Shown: positions 39,680-50,000 of the stretch, piece after piece
Numbering within the stretch: position 1 is the first letter of the stretch
Layout of the letters: every line of letters begins with the position of its first letter
From: Parcubacteria group bacterium GW2011_GWA2_43_13
GTDB taxonomy: Bacteria > Patescibacteriota > Patescibacteriia > UBA9629 > GWA2-43-13
Length of the DNA stretch: 64,000 bases
NCBI GenBank assembly: GCA_000999025.1
Contig: LCFM01000002.1
Coordinates: forward strand, 436-64,435
Direction of reading: 5' to 3'
Position numbers and translations under genes: made by a program
Notes under the pieces: model-generated
The model's database searches: none
What the model was told of the DNA's origin: nothing
Seen by the model: the letters and a program-made list of their open reading frames with translations, nothing else

Positions 39680-40576
39680 TTAAAATTCACCAATAAAATG
39701 GGTACGAAGCGCGTATGTTCTTCCGTCTGACGCAAACGTAACATCGCCATCGATGTCTGTTCTATACACAACGCTTCCGGCTTGATTCAGCGTAAGGAGC
39801 GTACGCGCGTTGGGATGGCCAAAGGAATTATCACGGCCTACCATTATGACAGCAATTTCCGGTTGTGCTTGGGTGATAAATTCTTTACTCGAAGATGTTT
39901 TACTGCCATGATGCGCGACTTTTAACACATCAATATCAGGAATAAGGTTATTCGCCAAAAGTTGGGACTCAGTATCTGCCGATATATCGCCGGTAAATAA
40001 AAATTCGTGTTCGCCATATCGTAATAATGCAACAACTGATCCTTCATTTGCATCAGGTAAATGCAATGTATCAACTGCCATAGAAATCGGCCATAAGAGT
40101 TCTAATGACACGCCGTCTTCGAGGATCATTGTACGCTGTGAAGAAACAAAACTCACTGGAATATGAAACTCGCTAACCTTTTTCGTAAATGCCTCCCACT
40201 CAGGACTACTGTAAGGAATATCTGATGTAATCAATTGCTTGATAGCGTATCGCTCGGCAACATCTAAAAATCCGGCGAAATGATCTGTTTGCGGATGCGT
40301 GATGATGGCAAGATCAATCGTGCGATCATAAAACGGAAGCGCTTTTCCTAACTTTTGAACGACTGTGCCCGTGGGCCCTGCGTCAATTAAAATTGTGTGG
40401 TTTCGCGGTGTCCGAATCAGCGTGCTATCCCCTTGTCCAATATCTAAAAAACTAACGATGAGATGATTTTTCTCGCGCGATGATTGAAAAAGAAATATCA
40501 ATAAAAAAACCTCAACAACACCAATGATGATCAGTAAAAAAATCAGTTTCTTTTTTAAACAGTTACTCTTCCTCAT
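39680..40576 (-). CDS. ComEC-associated metallo-beta-lactamase fold nuclease
   Basis: LDIGQGD, THPQTDH, TGD, KVAHHGS, FGHP. Confidence 0.92.
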   Translation of the reverse strand: MRKSNCLKKKLIFLLIIIGVVEVFLLIFLFQSSREKNHLIVSFLDIGQGDSTLIRTPRNHTILIDAGPTGTVVQKLGKALPFYDRTIDLAIITHPQTDHFAGFLDVAERYAIKQLITSDIPYSSPEWEAFTKKVSEFHIPVSFVSSQRTMILEDGVSLELLWPISMAVDTLHLPDANEGSVVALLRYGEHEFLFTGDISADTESQLLANNLIPDIDVLKVAHHGSKTSSSKEFITQAQPEIAVIMVGRDNSFGHPNARTLLTLNQAGSVVYRTDIDGDVTFASDGRTYALRTHFIGEF

Positions 40577-40610
40577 ACACCTTACACCCATTATTCACTT
40601 TACTTGCACC

Positions 40611-40650
40611 CTGTTTTACTTTTTTCACGGCCATGAAAAAAGTAAAACAG
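40611..40650. repeat. 40-bp near-perfect palindrome, second copy
   Basis: CTGTTTTACTTTTTTCACGG|CCATGAAAAAAGTAAAACAG. Confidence 0.85.
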
Positions 40651-40657
40651 TATAGTG

Positions 40658-42205
40658 TTATGCAGATACTTTTATACTTTGAATATCCTGCATCATGCCG
40701 AACCTGCGATTTCTTCTTTTACGCATAGATAGCGCATACACACCCCAGCAAAGAAGCACATAACTTATCATCATCCATGGCCATGAAAACCATTCAATAG
40801 ACATACTCGCATATCGCCATGATGAAAAAAATTCAATACTCCGTAAAATATATTCCAATAGTATCCACGCAGGAAACGCGATATACGCAAACGATTGAAC
40901 ATTCAATGGGATACATACCGCAACCGCTGTTACAAGCCCGCCCACTGCCATCACAAAAGGAGTCAGCGGCACCACAAAAAAATTCGCAATAATACTCACC
41001 ACTGAAAGTCGGCCAAACACAAACAATACCAATGGAAGGGTCGCGATGGTCGCGGAAAATGTCGCAACCACAACTTCTTTCATACTATGTATCCATCCAT
41101 GGCCATGTGATTCAAAGAGCGGCGAAATATAAATCAACCCCGCTGTTGCCAAAAATGAAAGCTGAAACCCAACGTCATACCGTAAAATCCACGGATTGAT
41201 TGCAACCATCAACCCGGCTGTAAGCAACAGCGCATTGGTCATTGACTGCGCTCGGCCAATGCTATATGCCAGCGCGCCGATGGCTCCAAATAAAGCCGCG
41301 CGTACTACCGACGCCTGCCCCCCGACAAGGATAACAAACAGTCCAATACACGGAATCATCATCCACAGCGCATGCCTGCGGTTGATCCATATCCATGGCG
41401 CGAGAATCAGCACAAAACGGATCACTATCGTAATATTGTATCCGGAAATCGCAATAATATGCGTCAGGCCTACGCGATTGAATTGTTCCATCACATCATC
41501 GGGTAACCCCTTTTTTGCGCCAACCAACATACCGGCAAGTAAAGAGGCGTGAGGTTCTGGTAATGCGCGGTTGATTGCCTCAAGTAGAGTATGTTTGAAC
41601 GCAAAAAGATATGAAAAAATATTCTTCGGCGCGAAAACGCGTTGTGAGATGTCAGGATAATAACACACTGCGTCAATATTTTTTGCGCGCAAATATTTCT
41701 CATAATCAAACGAATCAAACGCTTGCGGCTTTTGCACAATGCACTCAAACGATAATTCATCATGATATTCATAATATGGATACAATCGTGTTGTTGCTAA
41801 AAGCAATCCGTTAAGCCCATGGACTCGTATCACCAACCGTTGCTTGTCAAGCAATCGTTCCGGCTCGGCAACAATCGTTCCTTTAAAAGATTGTTGCATT
41901 CCAATGCGCGATACAATATGATGATCGCCCGATTGTACCCGAATGACGGAAAACCGCATCATGCCGAAAAATAAAAAGAATGTGCCCACGCTTATTACGA
42001 CCAATATTTTTATCCACCCCCTAGTATAGAATTGATAGGCGATACTCATAACACCCACCGCGATGATACTTCCACCCAATACTCCTACAAGAAGATTGAA
42101 AGAAATACTCCACAGCGTTGCAATGAAAACCCCAAGAATAAAACTTGTAAGCGCTAACCTCAACCACTGATACGGATATAACCTTATCTTTGTTTCGGTC
42201 TTCAT
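40658..42205 (-). CDS. comEC: ComEC/Rec2 DNA uptake channel
   Basis: FDYEKYL, GLTHIIAISGYN, SVVRA, GFQLSFLAT. Confidence 0.95.
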   Translation of the reverse strand: MKTETKIRLYPYQWLRLALTSFILGVFIATLWSISFNLLVGVLGGSIIAVGVMSIAYQFYTRGWIKILVVISVGTFFLFFGMMRFSVIRVQSGDHHIVSRIGMQQSFKGTIVAEPERLLDKQRLVIRVHGLNGLLLATTRLYPYYEYHDELSFECIVQKPQAFDSFDYEKYLRAKNIDAVCYYPDISQRVFAPKNIFSYLFAFKHTLLEAINRALPEPHASLLAGMLVGAKKGLPDDVMEQFNRVGLTHIIAISGYNITIVIRFVLILAPWIWINRRHALWMMIPCIGLFVILVGGQASVVRAALFGAIGALAYSIGRAQSMTNALLLTAGLMVAINPWILRYDVGFQLSFLATAGLIYISPLFESHGHGWIHSMKEVVVATFSATIATLPLVLFVFGRLSVVSIIANFFVVPLTPFVMAVGGLVTAVAVCIPLNVQSFAYIAFPAWILLEYILRSIEFFSSWRYASMSIEWFSWPWMMISYVLLCWGVYALSMRKRRNRRFGMMQDIQSIKVSA

Positions 42206-42298
42206 ACGTCATATGAGACGCCCTACCGGGGCGTCTCTACAGATTTCTCATTCTACATTGGAGAGGATTCCTATTTGGACATCTCTTGAAAAAAATTA

Positions 42299-43391
42299 TT
42301 ATGACGATTGTTTTCTCCAACGCAAATACGCTTCCACAAACGCATCCAACTCACCGCCCAATACTGCCTGCGGATCGGTTGATTCGTATTCAGTGCGATG
42401 ATCTTTTACCAATTTATACGGATGCACCACATAGGAACGAATTTGATTTCCCCATTCAGCAGACAGTACCTCCCCTCGCAAAATCCGCTCTTCTTTTTCT
42501 CTCTCTAACTCAAGCCGTTGCGCCAACTTTCCGCGCAAAATCATCATTGCAGTTGCTTTATTTTGATGCTGTGAACGCTCATTTTGGCATGTGACCGTAA
42601 TATTCGTTGGGATATGAACAATACGCACTGCAGAATCAGTGGTATTTACTGACTGCCCTCCGTGCCCGGATGACCGATACACATCAATCCGAAGATCGGT
42701 TTCAGGAATATCAATCTCTCCGATGTCAGGCAATTCAGGCACCACATCAACCAATGCGAACGAGGTATGCCTCATCCCTTCCGCGTCAAAAGGCGAAATT
42801 CTCACCAACCGATGCACGCCTGCTTCTGCCTTTAAGTATCCATATGCATACCGTCCCTCAATTTTAAGCGTTACGCTTTTAATGCCTGCCTCCATACCGC
42901 GGGACATATCAACGACCTCTGTGCTCCAATTCTTTTTTTCCGCAAATCGCGTATACATACGAAAGAGCATTTCAGCCCAGTCCTGCGCATCTACCCCACC
43001 GGTTCCTGCGTGAATAGAAAGAACAGTGCTGTGTTCATCATATAAGCCATTCATTAAAACCAAAAATTCCAGTTTTTCAAACTGGGACAGGTATCTCTTA
43101 TAATCTTCTTCAATATCAACCTTTAATAATCCAGCGTGTTCCTCTTGAGCAAGAGCGAGAGTATCAGAGACATTCTTTTCCAACTGCGACCACTCGTTCA
43201 ACTCTATCCTTAACTGTTCAGCGCGTTTTGCAGTGTGGCGTGCCGCAGACGAATCATTCCAAAAATCACTGCGCGCCATGTGAGCATTCAGCTCTTGCAA
43301 CTCATATTCGCGTTTAGGATGGTCAAAGATACCTTCTGGCTTCGCAAATACGCGCCAGAAGGTGCTCCAATTCACTTATCACATGTTCCAT
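42299..43391 (-). CDS. prfB: Peptide chain release factor 2 with programmed +1 frameshift
   Basis: ATG at 43391, 22 codons to AGAAGG-TAT-CTT-TGA-C (43322-43328), then DHPKR...; SPF and GGQ motifs. Confidence 0.96.
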
Positions 43392-43413
43392 AAAAATGAT
43401 ATACGATTTCTCA

Positions 43414-44628
43414 TTATTGCCTTGGCCGTTCGGTTAATGTAACAGATACCTCTTTTTCTGATGCTTTATGCATGACTTTCAGTTTAATCACATCTCCTAC
43501 CGCATACTGTCCAACCAATCGGGCAAGTCCATTTTTTTCATCTATGCGCGTGCCGTTGATCTCCAAAATAATGTCATTCTCAACAATGCCGGCCTTATCA
43601 GCAGGGCTCCCGGGAATCACGGCAAGTTCAGCCAAATTTTCTCCACGAACAACAAGCGCTCCGTACTCAACAGGAAGATCATTTTTTTGCGCAACATCTT
43701 TATTTAATACCATATAGCGCACGCCAATGTATGGATGCACTATTCTGCCAACTTTTTTAACGCTTTCAACGATTCGTTTCGCCTCGTTGATCGGAATAGC
43801 AAACCCAATATTTTCGCCTTGTTGGCTCACAGCTGAATTCACGCCCACAACTTGGCCAGCAAGATTCACTAACGGCCCGCCAGAATTACCCGGACTGATT
43901 GCCGCGTCTGTTTGAATCACTGCTTCCAGCCGCTCGGAAAAACCGGCATTATCTCCGGCAACAATAGTGCGGCCCAATCCGGAAATAATACCCCGTGTTA
44001 CACTGTTTTGAAACTCGCCTAACGCATTTCCCACAGCAATGACTGTCTGCCCGATCTGTATCTGTTCGGAATCACCAAGCTCTAACGCAGGCAACTCTTT
44101 TGCGTCAATTTTAATGACAGCAAGATCAAGTGCAGGATCGCGATCCAATACTATTGCAGTATATGTTTTCCCATCATTCATCACAACACTGTAATCTGCC
44201 TCTTCATCGCTCACCACATGTTTATTCGTAATAATCAATCCGTCAGACGATACAACAAATCCGCTCCCGCCTCCGATCTGCCGTTTTTCTTTTTGCGTGT
44301 TTTGTTCAGGTTGAGCAAACGGATCACCAAAAAAAAGATCAAACGGACTTCCAGAAAACGGATTCCTTTGGTATGTAACCAGTTCTTTTGATACGACAAT
44401 ACTCACAACACTGGGCACAACTTTTTGCACAGCATCAACGGTCTGCGATTCTTCCTGAACAGTAAGGGTTGAATCCTTTTTGTCAGCATTGCCGTTTTGA
44501 GATTGGGCATTTCGGAAAACAGCAGAAGAATTGTTTATGACAATAAACGCAACAAGAAATCCGGCAAGAGCGCCTGCGATGATGGATTGAAAAAGATGGC
44601 GATGATGTTCAAGTTGAGGAGAGAGCAT
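43414..44628 (-). CDS. htrA: HtrA/DegP serine protease with PDZ domain
   Basis: TNKHVV, DLAVIK, ISPGNSGGPL, PDZ GSPADKAG. Confidence 0.95.
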   Translation of the reverse strand: MLSPQLEHHRHLFQSIIAGALAGFLVAFIVINNSSAVFRNAQSQNGNADKKDSTLTVQEESQTVDAVQKVVPSVVSIVVSKELVTYQRNPFSGSPFDLFFGDPFAQPEQNTQKEKRQIGGGSGFVVSSDGLIITNKHVVSDEEADYSVVMNDGKTYTAIVLDRDPALDLAVIKIDAKELPALELGDSEQIQIGQTVIAVGNALGEFQNSVTRGIISGLGRTIVAGDNAGFSERLEAVIQTDAAISPGNSGGPLVNLAGQVVGVNSAVSQQGENIGFAIPINEAKRIVESVKKVGRIVHPYIGVRYMVLNKDVAQKNDLPVEYGALVVRGENLAELAVIPGSPADKAGIVENDIILEINGTRIDEKNGLARLVGQYAVGDVIKLKVMHKASEKEVSVTLTERPRQ

Positions 44629-44652
44629 AGATTACTCTTGTAATACATCTGG

Positions 44653-44946
44653 TTATTGTAATAAATTTCGATATTGGTCAAGCCCTTCTAATAGCGGAGA
44701 TACTCCATTCGGCACCATACCACTATTCGTATACAGAGTCGTAAACTGCTTGATCAGTGGAGGTAAAAAATATACTACCGCAACCAACGGCGCGACAATA
44801 AGAATAATCTTTATAGATCCCAATATCTGCGCCCAAAACAAATACCGCTTTACCTTCTGAAGTACTTCAGTATTGCGCTCTAATAATTCTTGAACTTCTA
44901 TCAATACTTGTTCTGGTGTTTTTAGTTTTTGGTTGTCTTCTGCCAT
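44653..44946 (-). CDS. Small single-TM hypothetical protein
   Basis: MAEDNQKL...KVKRYLFWAQILGSIKIILIVAPL. Confidence 0.7.
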   Translation of the reverse strand: MAEDNQKLKTPEQVLIEVQELLERNTEVLQKVKRYLFWAQILGSIKIILIVAPLVAVVYFLPPLIKQFTTLYTNSGMVPNGVSPLLEGLDQYRNLLQ

Positions 44947-45557
44947 ATTGAACAAAGATGAGAGGTTATTATTTTTACTGATGATCTCATTTTTAATAGT
45001 TCTATCACTCCAATGGGGACACCAATATAGAGTATATCCCCCACAAGCATGTTGCGATAAAAAGGAATCCCCGCAACCAACGACGCGACCAAACCATTCA
45101 ATGTATGCGGATACAGCGTTCCAAACAGCCACACCGCGGAGTTTGTCAACAGGAAAAAAGTGAGTGAACCGAGTAATGCACATAATACCCCTCGCGACAC
45201 ACCCCTTAATCCCCTCTCAAGAGGGGAAAACGACGGCCTCCCTCCTTGAGGAGGGATTGAGGGAGGTGTCATTCGTGAGCTATTCGTCGTATATTCGTGA
45301 GCTATTCGTCCCCAAATGGCATACAACGCAAACCCCACATACACACTCACAAAAATAGGCAAGTGATACCACCCAATCACGCTATCGCTGACCATCATGG
45401 CACCAAAGCTCAAGAGAATTCCAACCCACCACGGTTTTAGATAATATGCACTTAAAAAACCAACTGCGCCGATAGGAGTAAAATTCCATGGATGCGGAAG
45501 AAGTCGAGCCACAATAACAAGCAAAAAGAAAATAATGAAAAATCCATATCGTTTCAT
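44922..45557 (-). CDS. DUF6580-like membrane protein (putative vitamin transporter) with repeat-derived loop insertion
   Basis: RLLPHPWNFTPIGA, SD..IG.Y, FFLLTN..VW, YPHT..GL, GIPFYRN. Confidence 0.75.
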   Translation of the reverse strand: MKRYGFFIIFFLLVIVARLLPHPWNFTPIGAVGFLSAYYLKPWWVGILLSFGAMMVSDSVIGWYHLPIFVSVYVGFALYAIWGRIAHEYTTNSSRMTPPSIPPQGGRPSFSPLERGLRGVSRGVLCALLGSLTFFLLTNSAVWLFGTLYPHTLNGLVASLVAGIPFYRNMLVGDILYIGVPIGVIELLKMRSSVKIITSHLCSIWQKTTKN

Positions 45558-45613
45558 AGACCAGTATCTTATCATGGCTTCATTCTATAACTCAAGGACC
45601 AGTTTCCTCTTGC

Positions 45614-46369
45614 CTATTGTATTTCGTATATAAGTGTTACAGAGACGGTAATCGCGTTCTCGCCAGTAGAAATTTCAGTTGAGGATTTTACATCCGCCAC
45701 TCCGCCATACCCGCCATACAAAGGCACTGGCGGTTGGGTTCCACCCTCGCCTTCTGCAACCTGCACATCAACAATCTTACCAAGCATAACCCCTGTTTCC
45801 TTGGAAATCGCCTCGGCTTTTGTTTTTGCTTTTCGGATTGCCTGACTTCGGGCTTCGGCCACAAACTGATCCCGTTCATCAACAGTAAAATTTACTGTCC
45901 CCACCTCGTTCGCGCCCGCAGTAGTCGCGCTGTCTATGACTTTATTCAGTTTGTCAAAATCCTTAATCTTCACCTCTAATCGTGATTCAGCGCGATATCC
46001 ATCTATAATAGATCTGCCTGATGACTGTTCATAACGATAGTTCGGATAAATGCTGTAATTCACTGTCTTGATATATTTTTCCTCAATGCCCTGATCTTTC
46101 AATGCTTTCAACACCGCATTATTTACGGTGTTTAAATCCTTTTGAACATCAGTAACTTTCTTCCCTTCTTTAATCACTGCGAGTGTTACTTGCGCTGTAT
46201 CTGGTTTAACATACACTTTGCCAGTGTCAGATACGCTGAACAATGTATCTTTTTGCGTAGTAATTTGCCGAACTGACAAATCAATGGGCTTGCGAATAAG
46301 AACAACAATAACCAATCCAACTGTTGATAACGCTGTTATAATAAACACTTTAATAAAAAATTGTTGCAT
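45614..46369 (-). CDS. SIMPL/DUF541 family protein
   Basis: GKVYVKPDTA, IKTVNYSIYPNY, AGANEV, AIRKAKTKAE, LGKI. Confidence 0.92.
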   Translation of the reverse strand: MQQFFIKVFIITALSTVGLVIVVLIRKPIDLSVRQITTQKDTLFSVSDTGKVYVKPDTAQVTLAVIKEGKKVTDVQKDLNTVNNAVLKALKDQGIEEKYIKTVNYSIYPNYRYEQSSGRSIIDGYRAESRLEVKIKDFDKLNKVIDSATTAGANEVGTVNFTVDERDQFVAEARSQAIRKAKTKAEAISKETGVMLGKIVDVQVAEGEGGTQPPVPLYGGYGGVADVKSSTEISTGENAITVSVTLIYEIQ

Positions 46370-46414
46370 AGCAATAATTCATCAAACATAATTGATAAAA
46401 AAAAGAATACATCT

Positions 46415-46900
46415 TTACAACTGCCCTTTTACATATTTCCACTCAATAACTTCTCCACCTGACAAAGGATATTTTGACGCGCTCACTGTTGCGTATTCGT
46501 TATTCACCCAATACTGCCATGATTGTTCAACTCCTCGATTTTGCTTATCTCCTATTTTTTCAACCATCACGCCAAGAGAATCATACTCTTTAACCTCAAG
46601 GAGAAATTTTTCTTTTTGCGACATTGTTTGTAATACCCCCCATACGGTTGTATCAGAAATGGTAGCGAGAGAGACATCATTCCATGCCTGAATAACACCA
46701 TCGCCAAAATCAAGCATAATACTCACTGTACACGATACCGCCTCCCCTCCTTTACAAGGAGAGGCCAGAGAGGAGGTGGTCGAAGGCGCTTGAGCTATCG
46801 GAGGACTGCCGACATCGTAGCCAACGATAAATGATACAATCACTGCTAAAAACACCAGCAGTGGCCCTATCGCTTTATGATGCTTCCATAAAAACCTCAT
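46415..46900 (-). CDS. Membrane-anchored DUF4430 / transcobalamin-like C-terminal domain protein
   Basis: LGVMVEKIG...WQYWVNNEYATVSASKYPLSGGEVIEWKY. Confidence 0.8.
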   Translation of the reverse strand: MRFLWKHHKAIGPLLVFLAVIVSFIVGYDVGSPPIAQAPSTTSSLASPCKGGEAVSCTVSIMLDFGDGVIQAWNDVSLATISDTTVWGVLQTMSQKEKFLLEVKEYDSLGVMVEKIGDKQNRGVEQSWQYWVNNEYATVSASKYPLSGGEVIEWKYVKGQL

Positions 46901-47008
46901 ACATTCGTATTATACTACAACCGAGTTACTTCTCAAACAACCATTCCTATTCCCTCAGAGACGGAGCACCGCCCCATCTCTACACAATTCGTGAGTTATT
47001 ACCCACAC

Positions 47009-50000
47009 CTATGAACATCCCAATGAATTGCCACAATTCAAACATTTATAACATGACCCGTTACGCACAGTGATATGACCGCACTGATCGCACGCAGGCG
47101 CGTCGCCCATCATCTCGCTCATATATTTATTCACGCCAGTGGTGTCGCCAAGCGCGGACAACGCCCCAGGCCCGTCTGCTACTGATGATTCATCATAACC
47201 AAATCCAAACGAGGTGCCTGTAGAGACGGGGTTAACCCCGTCTCTACTTTCCACAGGATGATCAATAATATCAAATTGAACATGGCGGTTTAATACTACT
47301 TCATCTTTGCGCAACATGGTTCCCGTTTGCTCCGGCATTACATGAATAAGATCAGTCCGGCCCAAATATTCCATAGCAAGGACTCGAAAAATAAAGTCAA
47401 TCACACTGGTTGCGGTTTTAATATTAGGGTGATCTGTCATGCCGTGCGGCTCGAATCGAGTAAATGAAAACGACTGGATGAGTTTTTCAAGCGGTACGCC
47501 ATACTGAAGCGCGTGAGAAATTGCAATCGCAAAACAATTCATCATACTTCGAAACGCCGCGCCTTCTTTATGCATATCAATAAAAATCTCGCCCAATGTT
47601 CCATCTTCATATTCGCCAGTCCGTAAAAAAATCTTATGCCCACCGACGCGTGATTCCACAGTGATGCCATTGCGTTTTTTAGGCAATGACCGCTTTTCCC
47701 CACGCGTAAGCGCAAGCGGAAGCGGCATGGTCCCAGTCGGGGTATACGAAGGACGATCACCAGTAGGCGCCATTGGCGTGTGAGCTTCTTGTACATCTTC
47801 TTGTTTCGCGATTTCTCCCTGGATGGAGACGCCCCAACGGGGCGTCTCTACAGGTTGTTCATTCTTCTTCTCTTCTATTTTCTGCGCATCCGATTTTGTA
47901 TTAAGAGGTTGCGAAAGTTTTGATCCATCCCGATACAAAGCAATGGATTTGACTCCCCATTCCCATGCTTTGCGGTAGATTTCAGAAATATCCTCAACAG
48001 TGGCTTCATTTGGAAGATTCACTGTTTTGGAAATTGATCCGGAAATAAACGGCTGAACCGATGCCATCATTTTCACATGCGCAATCGGCGCAATATACCG
48101 CTTGCCATTTCCGCATTTATTAGCGCAATCAAATACTGCCAAATCTTCCTCTTTCATTTCCGGCGCGCCTTCTATTGTCATTGTACCGCACACATAATAC
48201 TGGGCTTCTTTAATTTCCTGATCGCCAAATCCCAGCTCTTTCAATAAATTGAATGTTGGAGATGTATACACTGCTTCCGAAATGCCAAGTCGTTTTAATG
48301 TCTCATCTCCAAGAGAAAACCGATTAAACGCAAACGATAACTCAAACACTCCTTTTAATTGTTCTTCGATTTTTGCGATGTCATCAATAGTAAAACCCTT
48401 TGCCACAAGCGTCTCTGTATTGATATGCGGAGCGCCTTCAAGCGTCATCGCACCCACAACGTGCTTCATCATACGGTCAATCTGCAAAGGGGTATAGTTC
48501 AATGCTTCAAGTGCGGGTTGAATTGACTGATTTGCGATTTTAAAATATCCGCCACCTGCAAGTTTTTTAAACTTCACTAATGCAAAATCCGGCTCCACGC
48601 CTGTGGTATCGCAATCCATTAAAAGCCCAATCGTGCCTGTCGGCGCAATCACAGTCGTTTGTGCGTTGCGATAGCCATATTGCTCACCCCATAGCAATGC
48701 CTTATCCCATGCCTCGCGTCCGGCTTTCAGTAAATCATCAGGGCAATACTCCGGTTGAATGGCAACAGGATAAATATCCAGATGCTCATACTCTTCGCGC
48801 GGCACATTGTATGCGGCGCGACGATGGTTCCGTATAACTCGCAACATATCATTTTTATTCAACTCATACTTTGGGAATGAACCAAGAAAACTCGCCATCT
48901 CAGCACTTGTGGCATAAGATTCGCCAGTCAAAATCGCAGTCAAAGCTCCTGCCACGCCCCGTGCTTTATCAGTATCATACGGAATACCAGAAAGCATAAG
49001 CATTGTTCCAAGGTTCGCGTACCCAAGCCCTAAAGTGCGATACGCGTATGATCCTTCGGCAATCTCCTTGCTCGGATACTGCGCCATCAATACACTAATC
49101 TCCAGCACGACCGTCCACATCCGTATCGCATGTTTGTATCCTTCGATATCAAACTTGCGGGTTGTGTAATCGTAAAATTTCACCAAATTGATAGACGCGA
49201 GATTACACGCAGTATCATCCAAAAACATATATTCACTGCATGGATTTGACGCGCGAATGCGACCTGACTGCGGACAGGTATGCCATTCGTTAATCGTATC
49301 ATCGTACTGTACCCCAGGATCTGCGCACGCCCATGCGGCATAACATACCTTCTGCCACATATCTTGCGATTTCACTGTTTTATAAGGTTTCCCGTCAATG
49401 CGGCGAATAAGATTCCAATCGCCATTTGCGTCAATCATGCGCATGAACGTGTGTGGCACACGAACCGAATTATTGGAATTCTGGCCAGATACGGTTGTGT
49501 AGGCCTCGCCTTCAAAATGAGAATCATATCCCGCCGCAATCAAAGCGGCTACTTTTTTCTCTTCTTTTACTTTCCAATTGATAAATTCCTCAATTTCCGG
49601 ATGATCAAGATTCAAACACACCATTTTCGCCGCGCGCCGGGTTGTGCCACCTGATTTGATTGCGCCTGCCGCTCGATCGCCAATCTTTAAAAATGACATC
49701 AGTCCGGATGATGATCCTCCTCCTGATAATGTTTCCCCTACTCCTCTGATATTAGAAAAATTCGTTCCTGTGCCTGACCCGTACTTAAACAGTCGCGACT
49801 CCCTCATCCATAAATCCATAATACCGCCCGGATTCACCAAGTCATCTGTTACAGATAAAATAAAACACGCATGCGGTTGCGGATGCGTATACGCATCCTC
49901 TGACGGTCGTACTTCTCCTGTTTCAGGATCAGGATAATAATGGCCTTGCGCAGGTCCGGTAATACCGTATGCCCACTGGAGTCCGGTATTAAACCATTGC

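Noticed and set aside
46900-47009. Cobalamin riboswitch ahead of the DUF4430 gene
   Set aside because: No B12-box or GGGAA/GCCACTG motifs visible; the spacer holds a REP and an ATTCGTGAG repeat
4090-47853. CRISPR array from recurring ~28-bp palindromes
   Set aside because: Copies are dispersed and variable, with no regular spacers and no cas genes; they fit REP elements
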